The notes beneath the pieces were generated by a model. It did not search any database and was not told the origin of the DNA. It saw nothing but the letters and a program-made list of their open reading frames with translations. The translations under genes and the position numbers were made by a program. Of a DNA stretch of 24,168 bases, positions 8,676-17,807 are shown in pieces (the stretch's first letter is position 1; each line of letters starts with the position of its first letter). Source of the DNA: a virus (lineage: Duplodnaviria > Caudoviricetes); IMG/VR virus record IMGVR_UViG_3300010398_000050, positions 1-24,168 of that record; one strand, written 5' to 3'.

Positions 8676-9374
8676 TCAGTTCGCCCTCGTCACTTTCTGA
8701 GTTTGACCAAATTGCATCGACGGCCCTCCAAACCTCACCAGTGCGCCGCGCAGATTTCCAGTCACGGCTGCACCGGCACCGTGGACTGTCTGTGAAAATC
8801 CCATCCCGCCGCCGATGTACTTCGGATCGGCGTAGATGCTGACCCAGATCCGATCCCATGCCTCGGTGCGCATCATGAAATCCATCGTCTTCTTCAACGA
8901 GAGCTTCCTGATCGGCCTGCGCACACGATGCAGGTACGGGCTAATCCCGAATTCGATGTAATACGCCTCACGCGAGTCGTTGTAAAGCTGCCAGACCGCA
9001 GGGCCGAGCGACTTGATCTTCCAGCCCAGGTAGTACCGGCCTGTAATTCTGCGCACCGGGATTTGCCATGCAGCGGGACTGGACTGATACTGCGGGCCTT
9101 GCTTGGAGAATCCACCCAGCCCGGTTGTCTGGTGGCCGGTGAGTTGGTGAAATTCTGTTCTTGCTGCGCCGGGATCGTAGGGGCCGAATGACATCTCCCT
9201 GGCAAAGCCCTGGTTGAGCAGTGCCATGTGAAATGTCAACTCGTTCATCGCTGCGCGCAGGCGAGAAGGCACGTAGACCTCTGCCCATTCGATTGCCTCC
9301 TCCAGCGCGCGAAACGTCTCTTCCGTCGGCTCCAGGAAAGCTCTGCTGCTGTGGTATCTGGTGAATCTCGCCAT
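8676..9374 (-). CDS. Putative tail completion/neck protein (HK97 gp10-like)
   Basis: PVRRITGRY...LYNDSREAYYIEFG resembles the PVxTGxL...NxxxYAxyvEfG pattern; gene order. Confidence 0.6.
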   Translation of the reverse strand: MARFTRYHSSRAFLEPTEETFRALEEAIEWAEVYVPSRLRAAMNELTFHMALLNQGFAREMSFGPYDPGAARTEFHQLTGHQTTGLGGFSKQGPQYQSSPAAWQIPVRRITGRYYLGWKIKSLGPAVWQLYNDSREAYYIEFGISPYLHRVRRPIRKLSLKKTMDFMMRTEAWDRIWVSIYADPKYIGGGMGFSQTVHGAGAAVTGNLRGALVRFGGPSMQFGQTQKVTRAN

Positions 9375-9378
9375 GAAA

Positions 9379-9888
9379 TTACGGCCCCAGTGGCTCGATT
9401 GCCATCAGACGCAATCCTGTCTCCCAGTGATGCCGGGGATTGCCGTCTGCCGGATCGGGGATCAGGTTCGCGTTGACAACGAAGAATTTCCTGCTGTTGT
9501 AGATGATGTACTCGTCGCCGCTCTGCGACCAATCGTAGAAGTCCAGTGAAATTCCGCCCCAGGACTCCGGAAAAATTCCAAGATGGTCGTCCGCTTCGAT
9601 TACGCCGTAGATCGCTTCGATCATCTCGGACTGCAGGCGAGTTGCACGAGTCGATTGGATCGGCTGCACGAACGCCTTCACGAGCGCATGCACTTCGACA
9701 CCTGGAAGCAGTGCGCGCTCATTACAGAGCGGCGCAGCAGGATTGGCGACGTGCCAGTCCATGTCCCGCGAGCCTTCAGGAGTCATGCAAGGACAGGGTT
9801 GCATCTGATCCACGTAGTCACGGTGGTACGTGACATCCGAGCCGTGCTCGCTGACCAAGCTGACGAAGTGATCAACCGTTCCGGGCAT
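9379..9888 (-). CDS. Putative head closure/stopper protein
   Basis: Follows the adaptor; GSDVTYHR...PCPC...VKAFVQP...GDEYIIYNSRKFFVV...HHWETGLR is stopper-like. Confidence 0.6.
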   Translation of the reverse strand: MPGTVDHFVSLVSEHGSDVTYHRDYVDQMQPCPCMTPEGSRDMDWHVANPAAPLCNERALLPGVEVHALVKAFVQPIQSTRATRLQSEMIEAIYGVIEADDHLGIFPESWGGISLDFYDWSQSGDEYIIYNSRKFFVVNANLIPDPADGNPRHHWETGLRLMAIEPLGP

Positions 9889-9926
9889 GAAATTTACCTC
9901 TGGGTTGTGGTACTGAAATTACTGCG

Positions 9927-10628
9927 TCACTGTACTTCGATGATTGTCCTGCTCAGGTCGGCTGCAACAAGCTGCTTGTAGCCGCCTGCGACTTCAATTT
10001 CCTGCAGCAAGAGCACGACGCTGTAGCTCCTGCCCAATTCCAGATTCGCCGCCTGCAGCAGCTTGTCGATGTTGTCCCAGTAGGAACCCTTCTTCGACGC
10101 TGCGGAGAGGTCGAGCGAGACAAGTCCTGCGACCCACTTGCCTCCCGACGTGGAAGCGAAGGAGACTGCCTTGGCGATATACGAGCGGGCCATCGTGAAA
10201 TATGTCAGGCCGCTCAAGATTTTCAACGTCACCGCATCCGGATCGACAGACAGCGGATCCTGTGTGTGCAGATACTCCGAGACTGCGACTTCCGCCTCCT
10301 GGCTGACGATGATCTGATTCAGAGTCGGATCGCGGAGCATCACCCGGTTGACAATTTCACTGACAAGAGTGGACGTACCACCCTGCATCGGTACCGAAAG
10401 CTCTCCGACGACGTTCGCCGTGTTCTCCCAGGCAATTGCGAACCAATCTGTCGTCGCGGTTGCATTGGCCGTCGTGTAGCGGGTGATGTAATTCGGGTAC
10501 GCTCCAATGGCCTGCGTCACGTCGATTTCGGAGAACGGGCCAGCCGAATCCGTCGCCTCGTAGACGTGCAGGGCGTACAGATCCGGCTCGTCCGGCGGAA
10601 TGAATTCAAGTGCTACCGAGACTGCCAT
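9927..10628 (-). CDS. Putative head-tail adaptor with N-terminal Ig/FN3-like domain
   Basis: N-terminal beta-sandwich-like sequence (LHVYEATDSAGPFSEI...WFAIAWEN), helical C-terminal half; first neck gene. Confidence 0.55.
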   Translation of the reverse strand: MAVSVALEFIPPDEPDLYALHVYEATDSAGPFSEIDVTQAIGAYPNYITRYTTANATATTDWFAIAWENTANVVGELSVPMQGGTSTLVSEIVNRVMLRDPTLNQIIVSQEAEVAVSEYLHTQDPLSVDPDAVTLKILSGLTYFTMARSYIAKAVSFASTSGGKWVAGLVSLDLSAASKKGSYWDNIDKLLQAANLELGRSYSVVLLLQEIEVAGGYKQLVAADLSRTIIEVQ

Positions 10629-10640
10629 CTCCCCTCCCCG

Positions 10641-11210
10641 CTAGATGCTCGAAACTGTTCCGGCCATTACCAGGATGATCTGAGCGTTGTTCCCTACTGG
10701 CACGGTTCCTCCGTTGAGCCATGAAATTGGAGTCTCCAGGTACGTGGTCTTGTCCACGGTCGGGCCGGTGATGCTGTAGCGCTGAAAACTGGATGCGTTA
10801 CCCTGAACCTGAAATCCGACGCGATTACCGGCCGTTCCCCAGAACGAAAACGCATTCGTGGGATCGATGTTGTCCGTTGTGTTCTTGTACGTCCACAATT
10901 TCGTTGCCTGCGTCGGGTCTGCGGTGTTGACACGCACCTGACTGTTCGACGGCGGTTCGGTTATGGACGTGCTGAACCTGAAACTGAAAAGGTTCGATGT
11001 CGATTCTCCTGGAGGGCCAGCGGGGCCAACAGCACCTGGAGGCCCAGGAGGCCCAGGCTCACCGGGAGGCCCAGGCGGGCCAATTACAGTCTCGATCAAG
11101 GAGCCTGTCTCCAGGGTTCCCACATCCGAGAGCGTACCTGATGCCGGAGGTTGAGTGCTCATCAGTTGCCCTGCCTCCCTCTGCGTAGCCGTGAGTGTGG
11201 AGTTGAGCAT
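10641..11210 (-). CDS. Collagen-like virion protein, 189 aa
   Basis: GPPGPPGEPGPPGPPGAVGPAGPPGE (about 9 Gly-X-Y triplets) followed by a beta-rich domain. Confidence 0.8.
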   Translation of the reverse strand: MLNSTLTATQREAGQLMSTQPPASGTLSDVGTLETGSLIETVIGPPGPPGEPGPPGPPGAVGPAGPPGESTSNLFSFRFSTSITEPPSNSQVRVNTADPTQATKLWTYKNTTDNIDPTNAFSFWGTAGNRVGFQVQGNASSFQRYSITGPTVDKTTYLETPISWLNGGTVPVGNNAQIILVMAGTVSSI

Positions 11211-11214
11211 GAAA

Positions 11215-12750
11215 TTACGCCTGGCTCCCCAGTACGCCGGTAAGGATCGGTCTGTCGATCCCGTCCACGGCCGAGAGGTAGCGAATCTTGCCCGCCGTCA
11301 AGCCGCCGATGTGGTACGTGTCCTTCATCGTCCCGTGATCCTGGTCTGAAATTCTTGCCGTGAGAGTCGCAAGCTCGTTTGCATGACCAAGCTCGACCGG
11401 CTTACTGACGACGTAGACGACGGCAAGCTCGACCGTCGTGGAGGCGTCCGAAGCGCTCTTCTGGTAGTGCTGGGCCAGATCGACGTACTCGACCGCCGTG
11501 AACATGTCCGTAGGAGCCACTGTAACGGCTTCTGAGGCGTTCTCAGCCCCTGACCCTACCTCCGGTACCCCCTGAGCCTTAGAAAGGCTCTCAGAGGCTC
11601 CTGCGAGGTCTTGGGAAACGACCAGATTGGCCTGCTGAAGAGCCGCAGCTTCAGAAATAGTCCCTAGTTCTATTCCTGGAATCGATGAAATTTCGGCAGC
11701 TGCCTCTGCAATTGCTCCCGAATCGCTCACCATGACCGGAACTGCGACAGTCGCGCTCTCCGTTGCCGTGGCTGCGTCCGTGCCGCTCTTGAACGTCGTC
11801 GTGTTCGTTGCGCCAACGTCTGTTCCAGCGCCGCTATCTGTCGTGACGAGCTTCCGCTGTGAAATTACTTCGGCTGCTGTGCCTGCATCAGTTGCAGGGA
11901 GGGCTACCTGCGTGCTCTCGCTGATTCCGCCTGTGTCCGGCTGCGTAGACTTGGCGGCAAGGACTGCTGCATCACTTGAAATCCCGCTGTCTGCGCTACC
12001 GACCTGAAGAGCCGAGAGAACAGCCGAAGCAGAATCTGCTGCAGTAGCTGTGTCGGAGGTTACGAGCGCAACTACCTCAGTGACAACCTCTGAAATTCCA
12101 TTGCCGTCCGTGACTGTCGGCCTGACAACAGGAGCAGCAGTCTCTGTAATTCCATTTGCATCAGTCGCCGTCAGCTTGGCAACGAGCGAACTGCTGTCTG
12201 CTCCTGTGCCTGCTTCTGTACCCGCCTTGAAGATCCCGGTACTGGCAGCTTCCAGAATCGTTCCCGTATCTGCCGGAACGACCAGCTTAAGCGCTGAAAT
12301 TATCTCACTGCTCGTTCCTGCATCCGCGGTAGTCTGCGCAAACTTGTAATTGGCCGTTTCTGTCGTAGCTCCGTTCGCATCGGTTGCGCTCAGAGGAGCA
12401 ACAAGAGTTACTGCTTCAGCCAGGGTGCTGTTTACATCGGCAACGGTGAGCTTGAGCGACGAGACGATTTCTGAAATCGTGCTGCTTTCAGAGACAGTCG
12501 CACTGACGGCTTCGACGACTGCCTCTGAAAACGCACCATTCGTATCAGCCGCAGTCGTCTTGACTGTGACCAGGGCCGTCTCTGAAATCGTCCCATTCTC
12601 GAAGGCAGGAACAGTCGCACGGGAAACGAGCGATGTAATCTCGCTGACTGTGCCCGCGTCAGTACCACTGATCGGGACAACCGTCAGGATGAAGCGAAGA
12701 GGATCCCCACCGCGAACGGTGGAGCTTCGCATCTTGAAGGCGCTAGCCAC
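11215..12750 (-). CDS. Ala/Ser/Thr-rich repetitive virion surface protein, 511 aa
   Basis: Degenerate roughly 20-aa units with D-x-G-x-x-x-E/D (DAGTVSE, DTGTILE, DSGISSD, DSGAIAE); almost no aromatic residues. Confidence 0.7.
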   Translation of the reverse strand: MASAFKMRSSTVRGGDPLRFILTVVPISGTDAGTVSEITSLVSRATVPAFENGTISETALVTVKTTAADTNGAFSEAVVEAVSATVSESSTISEIVSSLKLTVADVNSTLAEAVTLVAPLSATDANGATTETANYKFAQTTADAGTSSEIISALKLVVPADTGTILEAASTGIFKAGTEAGTGADSSSLVAKLTATDANGITETAAPVVRPTVTDGNGISEVVTEVVALVTSDTATAADSASAVLSALQVGSADSGISSDAAVLAAKSTQPDTGGISESTQVALPATDAGTAAEVISQRKLVTTDSGAGTDVGATNTTTFKSGTDAATATESATVAVPVMVSDSGAIAEAAAEISSIPGIELGTISEAAALQQANLVVSQDLAGASESLSKAQGVPEVGSGAENASEAVTVAPTDMFTAVEYVDLAQHYQKSASDASTTVELAVVYVVSKPVELGHANELATLTARISDQDHGTMKDTYHIGGLTAGKIRYLSAVDGIDRPILTGVLGSQA

Positions 12751-12961
12751 TTGTCTCCTGTAGCTGCTGCGTTAGCTGCTGAAGGATCTGCTCCTGCCTG
12801 AGCAACTGCACTTGCTGCCGACCAATTACAAGATGAGCATCCTGTAATTCATTGGCAAGCTGCTGAAGCTGCTCCTGTAGATCCGGCTGGCCGTTCGGAG
12901 ACGGAGGATCAGGAGCAGGAGTCGGAACGATCTTTGGACGACGTGCGCGAGGAGGACTCAT
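12743..12961 (-). CDS. Small coiled-coil protein, 72 aa
   Basis: Pro-rich N-terminus then a Gln/Leu heptad pattern; overlaps both neighbours. Confidence 0.65.
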   Translation of the reverse strand: MSPPRARRPKIVPTPAPDPPSPNGQPDLQEQLQQLANELQDAHLVIGRQQVQLLRQEQILQQLTQQLQETSG

Positions 12962-13218
12962 GGTGTCGTCGGTGTAATCGGCTCAGGTGTCGGAATTGTA
13001 ATCGGAGTTGGATTTGCGAAGTCGTGTTGATCGTCCGTTGCAGCAGTAGCAGCGCATGTGTTGGAGCAGAAAACGTGCGACTGCGTTGCCATACCGTAGA
13101 TTTCACTCGTGATGAAGAACCAGCCAGTCCGGTCAGCCGGATCGAGAGTGTTCCCCGGACAAGCCGGGTTGTCACAGACGATGTTCAGCGTTGTCGTTTG
13201 TTCGACAGGCAATTTCAC
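12958..13218 (-). CDS. Small Cys-containing protein (start GTG 13218 or TTG 13212)
   Basis: CDNPAC...FCSNTC treble-clef-like metal-binding pattern; directly downstream of the fibre gene. Confidence 0.65.
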   Translation of the reverse strand: MKLPVEQTTTLNIVCDNPACPGNTLDPADRTGWFFITSEIYGMATQSHVFCSNTCAATAATDDQHDFANPTPITIPTPEPITPTTP

Positions 13219-13224
13219 TCCTTT

Positions 13225-15459
13225 CTACGGGACAGTGGCGATCCAGTTGATGGTTAGACCGACACCAGTTCCGTTGTAGACCGTGAATTTCGAAGCCGTT
13301 CTAGCCCCAATGGTGACCACATGATTGGTCGAAGTTGGATCCTCAACGGTAATCGAGACGACTGGCACTCCAGAAGTAAACACGGCTGGGTAAGTAACAT
13401 CCGAAATTCCCGACGGTATCGCAGTTGATCCTGCCTGCTGCTCATGCCCATCGATCCTCCACCACGATGACCAGATGCCGCCGCTCAGGTATCGCTGCCA
13501 AATTTCCTTGGCAGCATGACGGAAAAAGACCTGACGGCAGGCACCTGTATAGGTGATGTTGGCGACTTCAAGTGCCCCGTAGTCATTGACCGGTGCATTC
13601 GTGTAACCAGGTGCAATTGAATACCAGCCGTTGTTAACCGCATTGTTGAAATTGCTGCCCGGAGGAGGCGGGCCGACACCGAAGCCGTTACTGGCATTAG
13701 GTCGAATTTCCCCATCGACAATCAGGTGGCTGTTCGTTCGCAAGGTGTTCGCCGCCGAGCGATAGAGGAAGGTGTCAGATGCGGAGCCGAAGTAGAGCGC
13801 GTTCTGGGCGTTGGCAACGTCCAGGATGATCCCGCCGCTGGCCTGGATCGAGAAGCTGGCGGTGGAGTTCACGTACAGACGCGCGCCAACAGTGGTATCC
13901 CCGTTGCGCTGCCACTGCAGAGCGATCACTTCGCTGTTCTCGGCATCGTTCAGCGCGGTCAATTTCATCTGGCCGTCGGTGAGGGCGTACATCTGCCATT
14001 TCTTCTGATCGGCGGCGTTGCCAGTCGAGTTCCAGGAGAAGCGCGGGTACGACACGCTCTGAACTCTGAAATCCGCAACGCTGCTCGTCGGCTCTAGCAC
14101 CAGCCGCCCCAACCCACCGCGATACAGATTCGTATCCGAAGAAGCACCGAACAAAATACTGGAGTTCGCTCCGGCCGCAATCAGCACTGCGCCGCCACCG
14201 GACTGGCTGAGGATCGGCCAGTTACTCGCCAGCCACTTGTTGCCGTGCCGGAACAGATCCACATCGTAATTGGTGCCGTCAGACCACCCCATGTACCCGT
14301 CGGCTCGAATATACCAACGAACAATTGTGTCGCCCGACTTGTTCGCCATCAGCGCCCAGTCGCTGGTATTCGGCCTGGCGAACTGTAATTGCGAGTTCGT
14401 GAGCATCGCCGACGCAGCCGAGCGGTAGATGTACGTGTCGAGCGCGGTGCCGAGGTAGAGCGTCGAGGCAACGTCGAGCGAGCCGCCGACCCAGAACGAC
14501 CCATCGGTATTCAAATTTCCTGCCGACGAGCGATAGAGATTAGTGTCAGGTGTGCTGAAATTCGCCCCCGAGTGCCAGCCGAGCTTGCCGTCATTCGTGA
14601 CGTTGAAGCGCCAGCCACTGTCCCCGGACACGTAGGCATAGAACGCGCTGCTGCCACTCCCGACGCCGATCCCGGAGATGATTCCATTGTCCGCGATCAG
14701 CGTGCCCGGCGTCCTGATGTAGTTCGCTGAGTGTCGGTAGAGATGCGTGTCGTAAGCGCTGCCGAACCAGAGACTTGTGTCGGAGTTGCCGAAGCCGACG
14801 ACCATGAACGTCCCAGCGATGAAGCCGCCGTCAGTCTTGAGAACGCTCGCCTGCGAGCGGTAGAGGTTTGTGTCCACCGCAGAGCCGAAGCGGAGCATCG
14901 CTCCAGTGCCACCGAAGTCCACGTCGAGGTAATTGCCGACTCGGAAGCTGCCATCGGTTTTCAGAACCGTCGAAGCTGTGCGGTACAGGTTCGTATCGGC
15001 CGCGCTACCGAAATACAGCGTATTGATCGTGTTCATCACCCGCTTGTCCACGATCTTCGCCGCTGAAATCGAGGCAATAGCTGCTGGCACTCTCACGGCC
15101 GCTAAGACGAGTTTTCCTCCCGCGCTGGGGAAGACTGGATTTGCAGCAGGAGTACCTGCGACCGCAGATTTCACTCCCGCGCTGTCCACACAGATCAGAT
15201 CGAATCTCGGGTTCGTCGCATCAGCCGTTGTAATCGTCACGTTGCCTGCCGTGACCGTTGCGACTGCGCCGTTGACACAGACCGTGCCAGCGGCAACTGC
15301 GACTGTCATGTTCGGCGTTCCCTGCGCAGTTACCGCGCAGCCGGTGACGACGCCAGTCCAGGAGAAGCCAGCGGCAAGTATGTCGCTGAAATCCCTCGCA
15401 TCTACCTGAGCCTGCGAGGGATCTTCAGCGTCTACTGCGTTGGGGATCGTGAAGGGCAT
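13225..15459 (-). CDS. Fibre / receptor-binding protein, 744 aa
   Basis: N-terminal VTAQGTPNMTVAVAAG...NPRFDLI attachment domain, about 8 repeats of FGSAxDTNLYR, pyocin-knob-like region (GWY...TNAP...GALEV...WSSW) and a gp53/H-lectin-like C-terminus. Confidence 0.85.
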   Translation of the reverse strand: MPFTIPNAVDAEDPSQAQVDARDFSDILAAGFSWTGVVTGCAVTAQGTPNMTVAVAAGTVCVNGAVATVTAGNVTITTADATNPRFDLICVDSAGVKSAVAGTPAANPVFPSAGGKLVLAAVRVPAAIASISAAKIVDKRVMNTINTLYFGSAADTNLYRTASTVLKTDGSFRVGNYLDVDFGGTGAMLRFGSAVDTNLYRSQASVLKTDGGFIAGTFMVVGFGNSDTSLWFGSAYDTHLYRHSANYIRTPGTLIADNGIISGIGVGSGSSAFYAYVSGDSGWRFNVTNDGKLGWHSGANFSTPDTNLYRSSAGNLNTDGSFWVGGSLDVASTLYLGTALDTYIYRSAASAMLTNSQLQFARPNTSDWALMANKSGDTIVRWYIRADGYMGWSDGTNYDVDLFRHGNKWLASNWPILSQSGGGAVLIAAGANSSILFGASSDTNLYRGGLGRLVLEPTSSVADFRVQSVSYPRFSWNSTGNAADQKKWQMYALTDGQMKLTALNDAENSEVIALQWQRNGDTTVGARLYVNSTASFSIQASGGIILDVANAQNALYFGSASDTFLYRSAANTLRTNSHLIVDGEIRPNASNGFGVGPPPPGSNFNNAVNNGWYSIAPGYTNAPVNDYGALEVANITYTGACRQVFFRHAAKEIWQRYLSGGIWSSWWRIDGHEQQAGSTAIPSGISDVTYPAVFTSGVPVVSITVEDPTSTNHVVTIGARTASKFTVYNGTGVGLTINWIATVP
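13730..15020 (-). repeat. About 8 degenerate protein repeats, consensus LYFGSAxDTNLYRSAAxxLxTDG
   Basis: Seen directly in the translation (DTNLYR x4, DTHLYR, DTYIYR, DTFLYR, DVDLFR); boundaries approximate. Confidence 0.85.
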
Positions 15460-16119
15460 CTACGAGAATGTAATTTGCGCGGTCAAAGTCCACGTACCTG
15501 TGGATTTCGTTCCCAGCGCCGCCACCTTGCGGTTGAGGTTGATCGTTCCCGAACCGCCCAGTGCTCCAGGCGATGTCGCACCAGCCGCAATCGCCCATTC
15601 GGCCCAGACGTAATTCGCCTGTGCCGAAGTGAAGTCAGACTGAAAGCTGACAGTCTGGTTCGACCGAGACGGGTACGTCGCGTTCATCGCGTTGTACCAG
15701 CGGTTCGACGCGGCCTGTAATTCGACCTGCGTTGCCGCTTCCGCCGTGTTGCTGTCTCCGACGCCCGTGTAGGCGTTGGCGTTCGACCAGGGGTTGCCTG
15801 CGACCTGATTGGACGTGACGGTTGCGATCATCGTCATGTCCTCCAGCCGCTGGATGCCTTCGTTCAGGAGCAGGTTACCCTGAATTTCAGCACATTCCTC
15901 CGCTGGCCCCACAACCGACCGGAGCACGCAGGAAGGAATCCCTTCCTTGATCGGGATCAATCGGGGGATGAGCAAGCCGCTTCTGCGAACTAGCTCTCCG
16001 GGAGAATGTGAAATTCCGGCTCTTTCGAGCCTCCGCCGTGCGAACTCCACAGCCTCCTCGCTCCACTTCTCGCAGATCCAGAGCGTCTTGTGCTTGAGCG
16101 TCTCAGTTTGTGGTGTCAC
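15460..16119 (-). CDS. Putative virion structural protein
   Basis: NLLLNEG...GVGDSNTAEAATQVELQ...FTSAQANYVWAEWAI...LGTKSTGTWTLTAQITFS resembles fibre-anchoring domains; GAGGGGG RBS favours GTG 16119. Confidence 0.65.
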   Translation of the reverse strand: MTPQTETLKHKTLWICEKWSEEAVEFARRRLERAGISHSPGELVRRSGLLIPRLIPIKEGIPSCVLRSVVGPAEECAEIQGNLLLNEGIQRLEDMTMIATVTSNQVAGNPWSNANAYTGVGDSNTAEAATQVELQAASNRWYNAMNATYPSRSNQTVSFQSDFTSAQANYVWAEWAIAAGATSPGALGGSGTINLNRKVAALGTKSTGTWTLTAQITFS

Positions 16120-16477
16120 CGGACACCCCCTCATCCCCCGAAGTTACATGGCTGTAGTCCAGGTCAGCCACAGCTTGAAGTTCCGGCGGAATTTCATCTC
16201 CCGCTTCCTGTAATTCCTGAACCGCGACTTGCGCCTGCGCGACGACGGACTGGATCGTCGGCATGCTGGGATCGGGAATGATCGTGCTGGGGTGAAGCTC
16301 GTCCTCCTCGCCACCGAGAGCGCCGCCATCGACCAGCGCCTGGATGTTCTCGTCCGTCTGCCCCGCAGCTTCCAGATCCTCTTCTGAAATCAAGTCGCCC
16401 GGACGAAATTGCTTCTCGATGATCGGGAGGTTGATCGCCGTCAAAGCCTTGTACTGCACTGCCGACTTCTTGGACAA
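16103..16477 (-). CDS. Acidic capsid-associated hypothetical protein
   Basis: GGAGGG RBS before TTG 16477; FRPGDLI...IQALVDGGAL pattern is common in small genes following capsid genes. Confidence 0.65.
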   Translation of the reverse strand: MSKKSAVQYKALTAINLPIIEKQFRPGDLISEEDLEAAGQTDENIQALVDGGALGGEEDELHPSTIIPDPSMPTIQSVVAQAQVAVQELQEAGDEIPPELQAVADLDYSHVTSGDEGVSGDTTN

Positions 16478-16493
16478 TTTCCCTCCTTTCACG

Positions 16494-16581
16494 TTTCAGC
16501 GGGGTGCCGGTCGGGAGGGCTACGCTACCCTGCGGCGGGAACTGCTTGCGTAGCTTGGGTTGAACCAACACCCCGCTGAAA
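16494..16581 (-). ncRNA. Candidate structured cis-acting RNA downstream of the capsid gene
   Basis: Perfect 13-bp inverted repeat (16494-16506/16569-16581) enclosing TTGG/CCAA and GCTACGC/GCGTAGC stems. Confidence 0.55.
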
Positions 16582-16588
16582 TTTCGAA

Positions 16589-17791
16589 TTACGTGGACGA
16601 CGTTGCCAGCGTGATCTTCTGGACAGAGTTGGGCAGATCCAGGTACAGCCCGCGACGTGTGCGAGCTACCTGCTGTCCTTCGACCAGACGCGAGATGTCG
16701 GCAGGGCCGATGTCCACGCGTAGGTCGTGATGCACGAGTTCCTTCATGCGCAACGCCGGGGCGATGAAATAACACGTTCCCGCAGTCACACCGGGATAGG
16801 TGTAATTCTTGACGCCGTTCGTCACCGTCGCGCCGTTGTAGTAGATGATCCCCTCGACCGGCACGCGCCGCAGCGGGTTGCCCTGCGAGTCCACGACCGG
16901 GGTGAGCAGTGCGTCTTCGATCTGGAAGCGGTCTGCCTCGTTCGCCAGGATCCAGGTAGGGATGCGCTGCGGGACTGCGAGCGCCGCCGTGCGGTACGCC
17001 TGCTGAAATCCGACGAGCGTGTTGGCGACGAGCGAGCCGTTGCCGGTCACTGCCGCCGTGGTGTTGCCACCGCCGTAGGCGTAGGCGATGATCGGAGACA
17101 GGTGGTTGTGGTTCAGAAGGTAATTGTACGCCCTTCCGAACGCACGGGAGTTCATCCCGATTTCATACGAACGGTCGAACTCGATCATGTCCTCCGTCCA
17201 CTCGAAACCACCCGCGTACGTCGTCACGGGCACGAACGTCGGTGCTCCCTGCTTGGCGAGCGTTCCGAAAATTACCTCGCCCGCTTCCATCTTCTCCATG
17301 AAGACGATGTTCGCGTCGAAGAGCACGTCGCCGCCGATCTGTACGGATCCACCGGGGAACGGGCCGTTGATCCGCTCGTACAGCGGCTGGTAGAGCAGCG
17401 GGACTTCTGCGAGTCCCACGTCGATGTCGAGCCGCACCTTCTGCAGCAAATCCATCGCACCCTGCGAGGTCGTGATCATCTCGCCCACGCTCTGAAGCAA
17501 GTCGATCACGAGTGCGTCCCGACGAAATTCCGGGACGAGACGTGCCTGCATCTCGCTCGCTGAAATCATCTGGACGGTGGCGATTTCACCGGCCAGCACT
17601 GCGGGCCGGTTCCATTGCCTGTGCGTCAGATCGCTGTCGTTGTTGTCCGGGCTTGCGATGCCCATCGACGCACCGACAGGCGGGCCGAACGTGCCGTCGT
17701 GGCCGATGGTGAACCGTCCGCCCCGCATGCGCTTTGTGATGGATTCCATCGTCGGCGCTTCCGGAACGAGGACGGAGCTTGACCTACTCAT
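16589..17791 (-). CDS. Major capsid protein (HK97 fold presumed), 400 aa with N-terminal extension
   Basis: AAGGAGGG RBS before ATG 17791; PLLYQPLY, EAGEVIFG, YAGGFEWTEDMIEFD motifs; follows protease and cement genes. Confidence 0.85.
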   Translation of the reverse strand: MSRSSSVLVPEAPTMESITKRMRGGRFTIGHDGTFGPPVGASMGIASPDNNDSDLTHRQWNRPAVLAGEIATVQMISASEMQARLVPEFRRDALVIDLLQSVGEMITTSQGAMDLLQKVRLDIDVGLAEVPLLYQPLYERINGPFPGGSVQIGGDVLFDANIVFMEKMEAGEVIFGTLAKQGAPTFVPVTTYAGGFEWTEDMIEFDRSYEIGMNSRAFGRAYNYLLNHNHLSPIIAYAYGGGNTTAAVTGNGSLVANTLVGFQQAYRTAALAVPQRIPTWILANEADRFQIEDALLTPVVDSQGNPLRRVPVEGIIYYNGATVTNGVKNYTYPGVTAGTCYFIAPALRMKELVHHDLRVDIGPADISRLVEGQQVARTRRGLYLDLPNSVQKITLATSST

Positions 17792-17807
17792 GAAATTCCC
17801 TCCTTCC

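Noticed and set aside
13730-15020. Fibre repeats as DGR template/variable repeats or shufflon sites
   Set aside because: Repeats are in frame and diverge synonymously, not specifically at adenines; no reverse transcriptase or invertase in the window.
16494-16581. tRNA or intrinsic terminator
   Set aside because: No T-loop, anticodon arm or CCA pattern, and no U-tract after the stem on the transcribed strand.
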